Both the position numbers and the translations under genes were made by a program. A model generated the notes under the pieces. That model saw only the letters and a program-made list of their open reading frames with translations. It made no database searches and was not told the DNA's origin. 64,000 nucleotides of DNA, taken from the NCBI GenBank assembly GCA_963667015.2, contig CAXXJJ010000004.1, positions 3,008,001 to 3,072,000 on the forward strand, in the 5' to 3' direction. Shown here in pieces: positions 39,371-49,625 of this stretch. Each line of letters begins with the position of its first letter. Position 1 is the first letter of the stretch. The stretch comes from Desulfatiglandales bacterium. GTDB lineage: Bacteria; Desulfobacterota; DSM-4660; Desulfatiglandales; HGW-15.

Positions 39371-40783
39371 ATGAATGAAAATATTCTTTTAATCAGTGAT
39401 GCGGAAGCAGACAAAAAACGGTTTTTAGATATCCTCGATAAAAATCAATACGATATCTCGCGGATTCCATTTAACGGCAAGGCTGAAAAAATTCTGAGCG
39501 AAAACAGCAAGCCCCTGATCCTGGCAGATTTTGATCTGATACATGAAAGAATCGATCTTTTTTATGAGCTGCAGCAGGGTCTTTCAAAGGCATGCCTGAT
39601 CTTTTACGGCAACAATATCACCTCGGAAGAGCTTAATCATGTTCTGCAAAGGGGCATTTACGCCTATATTCCGAGAAATTTCCTGGAAGAGCGCTTACGA
39701 GAAACTATCCTCGGCGGTCTGGAGAACAGGCGTGCATTTATAGAAATACTGGGGATGATGGATGACCTGAAGGAACTTAATAACCGACTTGAAACAGAAA
39801 AAGACGCCCTTAAAAAACGAAATCAGCAGCTCAGCTTCATTAATCGCCTGAGTAATGAAATCTCCTATGATGTCAACTGGGACAGAATACTCAAGAGAAT
39901 GATTGATGCCGGCCTTGAAAAAACAATGGAATACCGTCTCTTTGGCCTGCTTTTTACGATGGGGTCGCGCTGGAACCTGGCCCTGCACATGGATACCCCT
40001 CAAAACTTAACAGCCCGTGATGAGGTTATCGCTGACATTATTGCCAGGGTAAACTCGGAATATGGCCATGATATATCAGTAATAGATACTGACCTGAATA
40101 TTATCAGCATAAATCCCCCCCGCTTCGCAAGCTCACATAATTTTGATGTTATACCGCTCAATTATGCCGGAAAAATACTGGGTCACATAATTTATGGAGC
40201 AGGAGAGTCAAAAAAGGTATCCGGCGAAGCGGATGTTCTTTTGAATACCCTGGCCAACATGCTTTCCCTGTCGCTCAAAAACGCACAGGAATATTTCATG
40301 CTGAAGGAAGCGGCTGTAACAGACAACCTCACGGGAGTATATAATCGGAAAGGACTTTTTGATTTCCTGGAAAGGGAACTTCCCAGGGCCAGAAGGTATA
40401 AAAAATCCATCTCCTTTATCATGACAGATATGGATGAATTTAAAAAAATTAACGATACAATGGGCCACCAGGCAGGGGACTACGTATTGCGGGAATTTGC
40501 CTCAATATTGAAAAAATCCTTTCGCAGGCCGGACATTGTTTCGCGTTTTGGAGGAGACGAATTTTCAATCCTTCTTCCCGAAACTGAGCTTTCGGATGCC
40601 CACTCAATAATGATGAGGGTTATGGAAGCCCTGAAAGATCATACATTTGAATGGGATTCTCAAAAATTCAGGCTGAAGATGAGTTACGGCATTTCAAACA
40701 GCAATGAGCTGGAAGAACACAGTAATTTAGAAGAACTTATACGACTCGCAGATTCAAGACTCTATGAAAATAAAGCACATTGA
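39371..40783 (+). CDS. Diguanylate cyclase with degenerate receiver-like N-terminus
   Basis: RFGGDEF active site and RRPD I-site. Confidence 0.92.
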   Translation: MNENILLISDAEADKKRFLDILDKNQYDISRIPFNGKAEKILSENSKPLILADFDLIHERIDLFYELQQGLSKACLIFYGNNITSEELNHVLQRGIYAYIPRNFLEERLRETILGGLENRRAFIEILGMMDDLKELNNRLETEKDALKKRNQQLSFINRLSNEISYDVNWDRILKRMIDAGLEKTMEYRLFGLLFTMGSRWNLALHMDTPQNLTARDEVIADIIARVNSEYGHDISVIDTDLNIISINPPRFASSHNFDVIPLNYAGKILGHIIYGAGESKKVSGEADVLLNTLANMLSLSLKNAQEYFMLKEAAVTDNLTGVYNRKGLFDFLERELPRARRYKKSISFIMTDMDEFKKINDTMGHQAGDYVLREFASILKKSFRRPDIVSRFGGDEFSILLPETELSDAHSIMMRVMEALKDHTFEWDSQKFRLKMSYGISNSNELEEHSNLEELIRLADSRLYENKAH

Positions 40784-40878
40784 TACCCATCAAAATACTT
40801 TCATTTTTTTAATTACTCGCTTATCCTATATGCCTTGCACAACATAATTCAGTCAATTCATAGAGAAGGAATGACGCT

Positions 40879-42393
40879 ATGAGCAGAATAAAAATAACAG
40901 AATACGGTGATAATATTACAATAAAAAAGCAGATCGCCAGGGATAAAGGCTGCAATGAATCCTTTGACTCTGAAGATTTCAGGAAGAAAAACCGGATATC
41001 GATCGATATTACCCATATTTTTAACACTCCCGGTGAAAACTCCATTAAAAAAAGTGATGTAGAGGCCCTCATCCCTGATGTAACCGATGCACACAGGATG
41101 CTCAAGGAGAACAGGGGCGATATCCTTGACGGTGATACACCTATGACCGGATGGGTGGATCTTCCGGTAGATATAACAAAAGAGCATATTGAAAAAATAA
41201 ATGCGCTTGCAGCGCGGCTTTCACCAGATATAGACGCTTTTGTCTCTCTCGGAATCGGCGGCTCATATCTGGGCATTGAGGCCACTATCCGGGCCCTTAC
41301 GCACAATTACTTCAACCAGCTGAGCAGAGAGAAAAGGGGAAATGCGCCTGAAATCTACTTTCTCGGTCAGAACATGGACCCCGATTACTTCAGGGACACC
41401 CTGGATATGCTTGACGGAAAACGTATTGCCGTTAACGTTATATCCAAATCAGGAACCACGACCGAAACTGCTGTGGCCTTCCGGATAATAAGGCGCCTGA
41501 TTGAGAAAAATATGGGTAAAGAGGGTGATAAATTTATTATTGCCACGACCGATAAAAGCAAAGGCGCCCTGAAAAACCTGGCAGACAAAAAGGGATATGA
41601 GATATTTGTTGTGCCTGATGACATAGGAGGCAGGTTTTCGGTTCTCTCTGATGTGGGTCTGGTAGGCCTTGCAATGGCCAATATCGATATCGAAGAATTT
41701 ATCGCAGGTTTTAAAAACATGCGGGAAATAACCATGTCGGATGATTTCTGGACAAACCCGGCACTTGTGCACGCGGCCATCAGACATATTGCATGGTTAA
41801 AGGGTAAAAAGATAGAAGTCGTGGCAACCAACTCCAAATCCCTGATGCCTGTCGCAAGGTGGATGGAACAGCTCTTTCCCGAAAGTGAAGGTCACCAGGG
41901 ACACGGGATGTGGATATCTCCTTCTCTTTATTCGGAAAAACTGCATGCCAATGGCCAGATGGTTCAGGATGGAGAGAGGAATATACTTGAAACATTCCTG
42001 TTACTCGACAGGCATGATAACAGTATAAACATCCCGGTTGATGCAGGGAATATCGACGGCCTGAATTTTATACCTGACAATGGCCATGATATGAATTATG
42101 TAAACAGGAAGGTAATTGAAGGACCGGCCTGGGCGCACTACACCGGCGGAGTGCCGAATATGACAATAACCATTCCGGAAAGGAGTGCCTTTAACATCGG
42201 GCAGTTATATTACATGATGGAAAAGTCGGTTGCCGCAAGCGGGTACCTTCTGGGGCACAACCCCTTTATCCAGCCGGGTGTTGAGGCCTATAAAAGGGCT
42301 ATGTTCGCAATGCTTGAAAAACCAGGCTATGAAGATGAAGCAAAGAAACTTGAAGAAGAATCAGTAAAACTTGAGAGGATTGTTATTAAATGA
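40879..42393 (+). CDS. pgi: Glucose-6-phosphate isomerase
   Basis: GIGGSYLG, SKSGTTTE, GGRFSV and QPGVEAYK motifs. Confidence 0.95.
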   Translation: MSRIKITEYGDNITIKKQIARDKGCNESFDSEDFRKKNRISIDITHIFNTPGENSIKKSDVEALIPDVTDAHRMLKENRGDILDGDTPMTGWVDLPVDITKEHIEKINALAARLSPDIDAFVSLGIGGSYLGIEATIRALTHNYFNQLSREKRGNAPEIYFLGQNMDPDYFRDTLDMLDGKRIAVNVISKSGTTTETAVAFRIIRRLIEKNMGKEGDKFIIATTDKSKGALKNLADKKGYEIFVVPDDIGGRFSVLSDVGLVGLAMANIDIEEFIAGFKNMREITMSDDFWTNPALVHAAIRHIAWLKGKKIEVVATNSKSLMPVARWMEQLFPESEGHQGHGMWISPSLYSEKLHANGQMVQDGERNILETFLLLDRHDNSINIPVDAGNIDGLNFIPDNGHDMNYVNRKVIEGPAWAHYTGGVPNMTITIPERSAFNIGQLYYMMEKSVAASGYLLGHNPFIQPGVEAYKRAMFAMLEKPGYEDEAKKLEEESVKLERIVIK

Positions 42394-43058
42394 GTAAAAT
42401 ACCAATTGTACTTGCAACAAGGAACCAGGGAAAAATAAAAGAGATAGCGGAACTTCTGAGCGGTTATGATATAGATGTTAAAAGCCTGAATGATTTTGGC
42501 CCCATACCCGTGGTTGAGGAAACAGGAGACACCTTTGAAGATAATGCATATATAAAGGCACATTTTACTGCCAGAGTACTTGGGCTTCCGGCAATAGCCG
42601 ACGATTCGGGCCTTGTTGTAGAGGCACTCGACGGCGCCCCGGGTGTTTTTTCCGCCCGGTACTCAGGTGAAGACGCGACTGATAATGAAAATAACATGAA
42701 ACTGCTAAAAGAAATGGAAGGAATGACAGAAAGAAAGGCCCATTTTGAGACAGCGGTTATATTAGCGGTTCCAAGAGGTCCGGCCCTTACATATATCGGA
42801 AAGGTGGAAGGTGAAATTACCGAATCACCGCAGGGCGATAACGGGTTTGGCTATGATCCGCTCTTTTATTACCCGCCCATGTCAAAGACATTCGCCCAGA
42901 TGACCGGAGAAGAAAAAAACAGCATAAGTCACAGGGGCAAGGCAATAAAGGAACTGGCAGGGGAATTTGACAAGGTGATGATCTGGCTGAAAAACCGGAT
43001 GGCCGAAGAGCCCTATGGTTCGAATGAATGTTTTAATCCGGCCCACTCCCATAAATGA
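42390..43058 (+). CDS. rdgB: XTP/dITP diphosphatase (Ham1)
   Basis: ATRNQGK, ADDSGL, GFGYDPLF and SHRGKA motifs. Confidence 0.95.
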   Translation: MSKIPIVLATRNQGKIKEIAELLSGYDIDVKSLNDFGPIPVVEETGDTFEDNAYIKAHFTARVLGLPAIADDSGLVVEALDGAPGVFSARYSGEDATDNENNMKLLKEMEGMTERKAHFETAVILAVPRGPALTYIGKVEGEITESPQGDNGFGYDPLFYYPPMSKTFAQMTGEEKNSISHRGKAIKELAGEFDKVMIWLKNRMAEEPYGSNECFNPAHSHK

Positions 43059-43166
43059 TTTATAACCCGGATTTTATTTAATAAAAAAATTTGACATGCC
43101 GAATAATATGTATATTTTAATTTTATAAAATCAAGGATTTACTTAAACCAGAAGGAGGCGATATTA

Positions 43167-43481
43167 ATGTTAACAGTAACAGAAACTGCAAATGAGAAGA
43201 TAACGGATTTTCTGAAAGCCCAGAAAGACCCGTCATATATAAGGTTCTTTCTCTCAGAAGGCGGGTGATCCGGACCATCTATTGGAATGGCTCTGGATGA
43301 GCCAGCAGACAATGATGAAATTATCAAGGACAATGGGGTTACATACCTTATTGATAAAAACCTTCTTGAACAGGCAAAACCTATAAACGTAGACTTTATA
43401 AGCGGTGAAAGAGGCTCAGGATTTTCAATTACATCCAATCTTCCTAAAGGAGATTCCTGCAGCAGTTGTTCAAGCTGCTAG
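43167..43481 (+). CDS. HesB/IscA-like selenoprotein (Sec at codon 34)
   Basis: AGGAGG RBS; MLTVTETANEKI...LSEGG-UGA-SGPSIGMALDE in one frame; a hairpin follows the UGA directly. Confidence 0.88.
43269..43297 (+). other. Putative bacterial SECIS hairpin
   Basis: TCCGGA-CCAT-(CTATTGGA)-ATGG-C-TCTGGA immediately 3' of TGA 43266-43268. Confidence 0.6.
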
Positions 43482-43500
43482 GTTTATTAAAAAACTTCAA

Positions 43501-43537
43501 AAAACCCCACTATTTTTTAAAAAAATGGTGGGGTTTT
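43501..43537. terminator. Bidirectional terminator
   Basis: AAAACCCCAC...GTGGGGTTTT stem between convergent genes. Confidence 0.7.
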
Positions 43538-43542
43538 ATTTT

Positions 43543-43977
43543 TCAGAACGCCCCAAGCTGGCATGGCTTAATTTTTATACCAAGAGTATCACATGCTGAA
43601 GAAACATTCATTTTAGGAATACGGAGGGCCTTCGCAATCTCCCATGCAGCGGCACAGGTCAGTCTTCCATCAGCCAGTTTGCCCCTTATTGCACTTTCCA
43701 GATCATCAGGCACATTGTCCATTGGTTTGACCACCTTTTTTTCCGGCAGGTAACCGAAGATACCCATCTGGCACCTGACTATGCTAATCTCAAGCATATC
43801 TGCCGTGGCCCCAATCTCTCCGGCTGTTGTCCCAAAGGTGTCTGCAACTTTAAAGGCCGCGGCACAGGTAATTTTTCCATCAGTTGCCTTTTCTTTAACA
43901 GCATCTGCTATCAGCGGCTCAATCACCCTTTCATCAGAATGTTTTCTTGAATAGTGTCCTTTGTCTTGGCTCGCCAT
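43543..43977 (-). CDS. Hypothetical protein with an internal duplication (two TCAAA...CQxGxF units)
   Basis: DGKITCAAAF...CQMGIF and DGRLTCAAAW...CQLGAF; putative metal-binding protein. Confidence 0.8.
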   Translation of the reverse strand: MASQDKGHYSRKHSDERVIEPLIADAVKEKATDGKITCAAAFKVADTFGTTAGEIGATADMLEISIVRCQMGIFGYLPEKKVVKPMDNVPDDLESAIRGKLADGRLTCAAAWEIAKALRIPKMNVSSACDTLGIKIKPCQLGAF

Positions 43978-44151
43978 GCTTAAAACCCTTTCAATAATCC
44001 TTTTATTATTTTATTCCAGGAAGAGATAGATATCATATTATATTTATCTTTAACAATATTATTACGCCAGTTTATTTAAATGTCGTTAGTGGCTTATGAA
44101 TACGAAAGCCCCGGATATCGGGACTTTCAGAAGGTAATTCTTTATATTTTT

Positions 44152-44409
44152 TTAAACAAATAATTCACCAAAGGACCATGAATGGTTTTCAAAATGACTT
44201 TTAAAACAATCGTCACATAAAAATGCCGACCCATCTTTACACCCGAATCCTGTGAGGCATTCAAATGATGGCTTATCATCGGATTTGATCTCTGAGGTCC
44301 ATTCCCGCTCTTTACAAATAGAGCATTTGCTGTTTAATATTTCCTTGTAATCACCTTTTGATTCATTTGCCTTGATATAGTCTTTTCTTTCTATTCTTTT
44401 GAAACCCAT
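44152..44409 (-). CDS. Small putative zinc-finger protein
   Basis: AGGAG RBS; CxxC...CxxxxC...CxxCxxxH pattern; hairpin at 44104-44128 downstream. Confidence 0.6.
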   Translation of the reverse strand: MGFKRIERKDYIKANESKGDYKEILNSKCSICKEREWTSEIKSDDKPSFECLTGFGCKDGSAFLCDDCFKSHFENHSWSFGELFV

Positions 44410-44778
44410 ATTCCTTACTCCTTTCTTTATAAATTAAATTTGAGTAAATCCTGTTTTCATACCTGAAATTATGGGGTATCGATATCTTAACTACCATAAT
44501 TATAACAAATTAATTATTATCCGGGAAAAAACAATTACTTTAATGAGTCGTTTCATGTGATTTGTACATTTATTCTGATTTTTATCAGACTGGTCACACT
44601 ATATGCCCGATTATATTGCGATGAGTAATGTCTGATGCCTCGTCGATTGAGGCGCGGAAGGTCATTTGATTATTTCCACCGCAACGGGTATTTTTGAAAT
44701 TTATTTTACAATATCAAATATTCAGTTTTTAAGGTATAAATGTTAATTCTTTTAATCAAATATAAAAGGAGTTCGACA

Positions 44779-45552
44779 ATGCTTCATATTGAAGACCTCA
44801 AGGTAGAGCTTGCAGGGAAAATAATCCTGGACCATATTGACCTGGATATAAATCCGGGTGAAACCCATATCCTTTTCGGGCCCAATGGATCCGGCAAGAC
44901 ATCACTCTTAATGACAATAATGGGTTATCCCCAGTACAGGGTTATTGCCGGAAAGATTTTTTTCAAGGGTGAAGATATCACCCACATGCCTATTAATGAA
45001 AGGGCCGTACTCGGGATAGGAATGTCATACCAGAGGCCGCCCACAATCCACGGTTTAAAAACCCGTCAGATGGTAAACCTGTGCGCGGGAGAGGAAATAG
45101 ATGCCGAATCCCTGGCTGAAAAGGTCAACTTTAAGGACTTTCTAAACAGGGACATTAACTCGGGATTTTCAGGAGGAGAGATCAAACGATCGGAACTTCT
45201 TCAGCTCATGGCACAGAAACCCGACCTCATGCTCTTTGACGAGCCTGAGTCAGGAGTTGATATGGAGAATATGGTGCTTGTAGGAAAGACCATAGCAAGA
45301 CTCCTTGAGAGAAACGGCTACAAGAGTGACAACAAATCAAAAATGAAGGTAAAAAGGGATAGAACCAAAATGGGTCTTATCATAACCCATACCGGCTATA
45401 TCCTGGATTATTTAACCGGTGACAAGGGACAGGTACTATATAACGGCAGGTTAAGCTGCGTCAGCAACCCCAGGGAAATACTGGGCTGTGTTGGAGAATC
45501 CGGATACGAGGAGTGTGTGCGATGCATGACAGATCTTATAGAAATCAGTTAA
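44779..45552 (+). CDS. sufC: SufC-like ATPase (SmsC-type)
   Basis: GPNGSGKT, FSGGEIKRSE, DEPESGVD; C-terminal Cys motif ending CVRC. Confidence 0.9.
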   Translation: MLHIEDLKVELAGKIILDHIDLDINPGETHILFGPNGSGKTSLLMTIMGYPQYRVIAGKIFFKGEDITHMPINERAVLGIGMSYQRPPTIHGLKTRQMVNLCAGEEIDAESLAEKVNFKDFLNRDINSGFSGGEIKRSELLQLMAQKPDLMLFDEPESGVDMENMVLVGKTIARLLERNGYKSDNKSKMKVKRDRTKMGLIITHTGYILDYLTGDKGQVLYNGRLSCVSNPREILGCVGESGYEECVRCMTDLIEIS

Positions 45553-46757
45553 AGGAAATGGCCGAAAGAGCCGCCGACAAAACAGCCGCCATTGGTCCTG
45601 ATATTAATCTCGATGAATATGATGATGCACCCGTGGGACACACCTACATGGCTGACGAGGATATGTGCGGGCTCCCCCAGGAGGAAAAGCTCACGCTTAT
45701 TATGGCCGGCATGGATGTCAGCCAGAAAAACAGAGGGGGTACATACCTGCAGAAAGATACCGAGGTTGTGCACTGTCACAGCCAGCAGGAAGGAATAGAA
45801 ATAATACCTATTAAAAAGGCCCTCGAGGAATATGACTGGATTGATGAATACTATTGGAAGCTTGCAAAGGTGGACACTGACAAGTACACGGCAGCGACAG
45901 AACTTGGGCTTCATGACGGCTATGTAATAAGGGCACTTCCCGGCAGTAAATCGGTATATCCCATTCAGGCGTGTCTTTATCTTGACAAAAACGGTCTTCA
46001 GCAGAACGTGCACAATATTATTATCGCGGAGGAGGATTCCGAGCTGCATATTATCACAGGATGTTCAACCTCTCCCCACATGAAAACAGGGGCACATGTC
46101 GGCATCTCGGAATTTTTCATAAAAAAGAATGCAAAACTGAGCTTCACCATGATCCATAACTGGGCCGAAGAAATGGTGGTCCGCCCTCGGTCTGTTGCAC
46201 GGGTTGAGAAAGGCGGACAGTTTATCAACAACTACATATGTATGAAGCCGGTTAAATCGCTCCAGATGTATCCGGTAACACACCTTGTTGGAGAAAACGC
46301 GGTGGCAAGGTTCTACAGCATCATAGTGGGCAGTCCGGGTTCGGAATATGATATTGGAGGCCGGATCTTCCTCAAGGAAAAGGGAAACAGGGCAGAGATT
46401 GTGGCCAGGACCATTAGCAATGGAAGTAAAATAATAGCCAGGGGGCACCTTATTGGTGAGGTGCCTGACATAAAGGCGCATCTCGAGTGCAAGGGTCTTT
46501 TGCTCAACGGCGGTCTGATCCACGCAATACCGGAGCTTGAAGGTCATGCGGACGGCGTGGAGATGTCACACGAGGCGGCAGTAGGCAAAATAGCCCAGGA
46601 GGAGATTACCTATCTCATGTCAAGGGGACTGAGTGAGGAAGAGGCAACATCTACAATAGTGAGGGGATTTTTAAATGTCGATATCCCGGGGCTCCCTCCC
46701 GAACTCCAGGCGGAAATAGACAGGGCAATTGAAGAAAGCGACAAGGATGTGATGTGA
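45522..46757 (+). CDS. sufB: SufB/SufD-family scaffold (SmsB-type)
   Basis: QNVHN, HIITGC, ECKGL and SHEAAVGKIAQEEITYLMSRG motifs. Confidence 0.9.
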   Translation: MHDRSYRNQLKEMAERAADKTAAIGPDINLDEYDDAPVGHTYMADEDMCGLPQEEKLTLIMAGMDVSQKNRGGTYLQKDTEVVHCHSQQEGIEIIPIKKALEEYDWIDEYYWKLAKVDTDKYTAATELGLHDGYVIRALPGSKSVYPIQACLYLDKNGLQQNVHNIIIAEEDSELHIITGCSTSPHMKTGAHVGISEFFIKKNAKLSFTMIHNWAEEMVVRPRSVARVEKGGQFINNYICMKPVKSLQMYPVTHLVGENAVARFYSIIVGSPGSEYDIGGRIFLKEKGNRAEIVARTISNGSKIIARGHLIGEVPDIKAHLECKGLLLNGGLIHAIPELEGHADGVEMSHEAAVGKIAQEEITYLMSRGLSEEEATSTIVRGFLNVDIPGLPPELQAEIDRAIEESDKDVM

Positions 46758-46769
46758 TGTGATTTGTCA

Positions 46770-46887
46770 GTGTATCCCGCGCCTTCACTTCGTTCGCTGG
46801 AAAACAGAGAACGAAGTGAAAAACAGACATTACAACAAAAAAATAAAAGTCTTTCTCTAGGGGCTCTGCGGGCTCCCAGAGAAACAT
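46770..46887. repeat. Degenerate CAGAG-family palindromic repeat between convergent genes
   Basis: Reverse complement of 46852-46887 (TGTTTCTCTGGGAGCCCGCAGAGCCCCTAGAGAAA) resembles 24025-24060; internal TTCACTTCGTTC/GAACGAAGTGAA stem. Confidence 0.55.
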
Positions 46888-46891
46888 TTTT

Positions 46892-47848
46892 TTATTTCCC
46901 GAAAGCCCCTTTTATCTCATCAATCCCCGGTGGCGCAAAGTCCCATTTTTTGACCACCACGCCATCATTAATTAGTATGGTCCTGGGTATCTCGCCTTCT
47001 CCAAGAATTCTCCAGAAGTCATCATCGGGTATCTGAACAATCTCAAAGGACGGTTCAAAATCAAATTCAAACTCTTCCCTTTGTTTTTTACCATTCATAC
47101 AGACAGAGATAACATCGGGCAGATCCTCATCTTCGGCAATCATATTCAGGCTGTCCATCTCGGCCCTGCAATGGGAGCAATCGGTTGCCAGGACAATCAC
47201 AATATGCCTGCCGACATTAAAATCCTTCCCAGGAATACCTTCAAGGACAAAATGTTCAGAACCTTCTACAGGTCCGGTTATAGCGGCATCAATACGGTCA
47301 AGTAACGGTCCGGCTGTTATCGGCATCAATAAACCGGTAAGCAGCACTGCAACGACTATTAGTTCCTTTAGAAAAAATGGCCAGGTTTTAAATGATCTGT
47401 TCCACTTCCATGCAACCACCAGGGCAGCAAAAAGGATAACATCTTCCAGCATTGCCTCTTCAGGCGTCCTCTCTATCCACGACCCGAAACATCCACAGTC
47501 ATCGGTTACACCGGTAGCCCATGCATAACCTGTAGCTGCAATAAATATTAGAAATAAAATACCGCCTAAAGGTACGGCTATCTTGGGTCGGTAGTTGACT
47601 ACAAGGGCTGCGCCAAGACAACATTCAAAGATTATAAGCCCCCAGGCAGAGAAAATAATCAATAATGGATTGGTTATAATCTCGTAGTCACGTATCTGGC
47701 GGATAAAGAGATCTATTTCAAATGCCTTTGGCAGGGCTGCGACAAGCAGGACAAGCCCGACAATGCTTGAAAGTATTATTGGTATAAGAGACAGATATTT
47801 CTTTGAGAAGGTTGCAACATCACCGGAGTTGAAGTTTTCAGCAGACAC
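46892..47848 (-). CDS. MauE/DoxX-family membrane protein with C-terminal thioredoxin-like domain
   Basis: DCGCFG motif in the TM domain; CSHC in the soluble domain. Confidence 0.82.
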   Translation of the reverse strand: MSAENFNSGDVATFSKKYLSLIPIILSSIVGLVLLVAALPKAFEIDLFIRQIRDYEIITNPLLIIFSAWGLIIFECCLGAALVVNYRPKIAVPLGGILFLIFIAATGYAWATGVTDDCGCFGSWIERTPEEAMLEDVILFAALVVAWKWNRSFKTWPFFLKELIVVAVLLTGLLMPITAGPLLDRIDAAITGPVEGSEHFVLEGIPGKDFNVGRHIVIVLATDCSHCRAEMDSLNMIAEDEDLPDVISVCMNGKKQREEFEFDFEPSFEIVQIPDDDFWRILGEGEIPRTILINDGVVVKKWDFAPPGIDEIKGAFGK

Positions 47849-47922
47849 AGAAAAGTCCTCGCAGAATTAGAATTGGTAATTACCACTGAGCCATAATCAT
47901 TTTCCTCAGCCGGTAGGAGATA

Positions 47923-48768
47923 TTACCACATAATCCTTTCCTGTCCACTGAAAACTGCCATATCTTTACCTCCGCTATGGCACACCAGCGTCATATTGAG
48001 GCTTCTTCCCAGTTCAACGGCCAGGGCCGTTGGCCGAGATTTACTGATCATGATAAAGATGCCTGCCCGGTTTGCCTTCTGTATCATCTCAAAGCTGATC
48101 CGTGAGGTCAGGACAGCTATACACGCATCCTTGATCTTCCTGCCCATCAGAACCCTGCCAACAGCCTTGTCAAGGGCATTGTGTCTTCCCACATCTTCAC
48201 CCTTTGATATGACATCAAGATTAGTATCAAGGATAACAATGGCGTGTGATCCCCTTGTACGCCTGTAAAGGCTCTGGGACTCCACAAGCCTTTCGCCGGC
48301 CTTAAATATCTCATCAGTGGTGATTTTTCTATCAGTATCACCATATTGCAGTATCTGGGATATCTCATCAATGAATCCCTTGCCGCATATGCCGCAGCTT
48401 GTCTGACTGACAAAACCCTTGCGGTCGAGGAGAGCTGAAACCTTTTTTAGCCTTTCGGGGCTGAGGGTTACCTCCACTACATTCGGATCCATGTCCGCAC
48501 AGAATCCTATGGTATTGAAGTCAGTATAGTCATCGATTATCCCCTCAGCCAGGCAGAATCCGGCAGCATGAAAGGTTTCATCGCCGGGAGTTCTCATGAT
48601 AACAGAGTAAGGCTTTTCTTCAATCCTTATCAAAAGAGGTTCTTCGCAGATAAGATCATGCTGGTCGCTAACGGGTTCCCCGTTCTTAAGCCTCGTTATC
48701 TCAAAGGATTTGCTTGTATCTGTTCCGGAAATTCTCTCTGAAAGAGTTTCATGGGGGTATTTTTGCAT
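47923..48768 (-). CDS. fdhD: Formate dehydrogenase accessory sulfurtransferase
   Basis: MRTPG, SCGICG, EDVGRHNALDK and SRISFEM motifs. Confidence 0.95.
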   Translation of the reverse strand: MQKYPHETLSERISGTDTSKSFEITRLKNGEPVSDQHDLICEEPLLIRIEEKPYSVIMRTPGDETFHAAGFCLAEGIIDDYTDFNTIGFCADMDPNVVEVTLSPERLKKVSALLDRKGFVSQTSCGICGKGFIDEISQILQYGDTDRKITTDEIFKAGERLVESQSLYRRTRGSHAIVILDTNLDVISKGEDVGRHNALDKAVGRVLMGRKIKDACIAVLTSRISFEMIQKANRAGIFIMISKSRPTALAVELGRSLNMTLVCHSGGKDMAVFSGQERIMW

Positions 48769-48773
48769 ATTTA

Positions 48774-49229
48774 TCAGTTCCGTTTATCTGCTTCCGGATT
48801 ATCCATTACCCGGATATTATCCCCGCTGTTGACCGTTCCGCCTTCAATAACCTTTGCGAATATACCTTCTCTTGGCATTATACAGTCACCGGCCTGATAA
48901 TATATGGCACACTTGTTATGGCATTCCTTTCCTATCTGGGTCACTTCCACGAGTGTTGTTTCCCCCAGTTTGAGCCTGGTTCCTATGGGTACCTTTTTCC
49001 AGTCGATTCCTTCCGTGGCAAAATTCTCGGCAAAATCACCAAAGGTAACATTAAGTCCCCTGTCCCGTGCCTCTTTTATGCTCTCAGAGGACAGAAAACT
49101 GACCTGCCTGTGCCAGGGTCCTGAATGTGCATCGCCATTAATGCCGAAATCCTTTTTTACAACTACTGAATCAAGTGTGGTTTTTCTTGTTCCCTTTTTT
49201 TTACTTGTCGCTATTGAAACTATTTTCAT
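48774..49229 (-). CDS. MOSC domain protein
   Basis: GDAH...HRQVS, GDFAEN and QIGKECH...CIMPREG motifs. Confidence 0.93.
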   Translation of the reverse strand: MKIVSIATSKKKGTRKTTLDSVVVKKDFGINGDAHSGPWHRQVSFLSSESIKEARDRGLNVTFGDFAENFATEGIDWKKVPIGTRLKLGETTLVEVTQIGKECHNKCAIYYQAGDCIMPREGIFAKVIEGGTVNSGDNIRVMDNPEADKRN

Positions 49230-49624
49230 TAGATTATCTCTGATAATTTTAAGGTGTTTAATTTATCATATATTGCTGCGGTTATCATATCCCATAAATC
49301 CCTGGATTTACAGTCCACAGACCTTGTGCAGGTACCCGGATCGTTGACACAGCTGGCAATATCCATTCCTTCTTCAAGCACCTCAAGGACTTCCCCCATC
49401 TTTATTTCTTCCGGGGGCCTGGCGAGCATGTGCCCACCCTTTCTTCCTCTTACGCTTTTAATAAGGTTGGCTTTTCTGAGGGGAAGAATTATCTGCTCCA
49501 GGTATTTCACTGAAATCCCCTGCCGCTCGGCAATAAAGCCTGTCTGAACAGGTCCCTCATTATAATGCTCGGCCAGGTCTATCAAAAATCTTGTACCATA
49601 GCGGGTTTTTGTTGACAGCTTCAT
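49229..49624 (-). CDS. Rrf2-family regulator (three Cys, IscR-like)
   Basis: MKLSTKTRYG, KYLEQI, SVRGRKGG and CVNDPGTCTRSVDC motifs. Confidence 0.92.
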   Translation of the reverse strand: MKLSTKTRYGTRFLIDLAEHYNEGPVQTGFIAERQGISVKYLEQIILPLRKANLIKSVRGRKGGHMLARPPEEIKMGEVLEVLEEGMDIASCVNDPGTCTRSVDCKSRDLWDMITAAIYDKLNTLKLSEII

Positions 49625-49625
49625 T

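Noticed and set aside
43139..43438. 99-aa minus-strand ORF
   Set aside because: It is the antisense shadow of the Sec-containing HesB gene.
44636..44690. Two small hairpins upstream of sufC
   Set aside because: Too short and not matched to any RNA family I can recognise.
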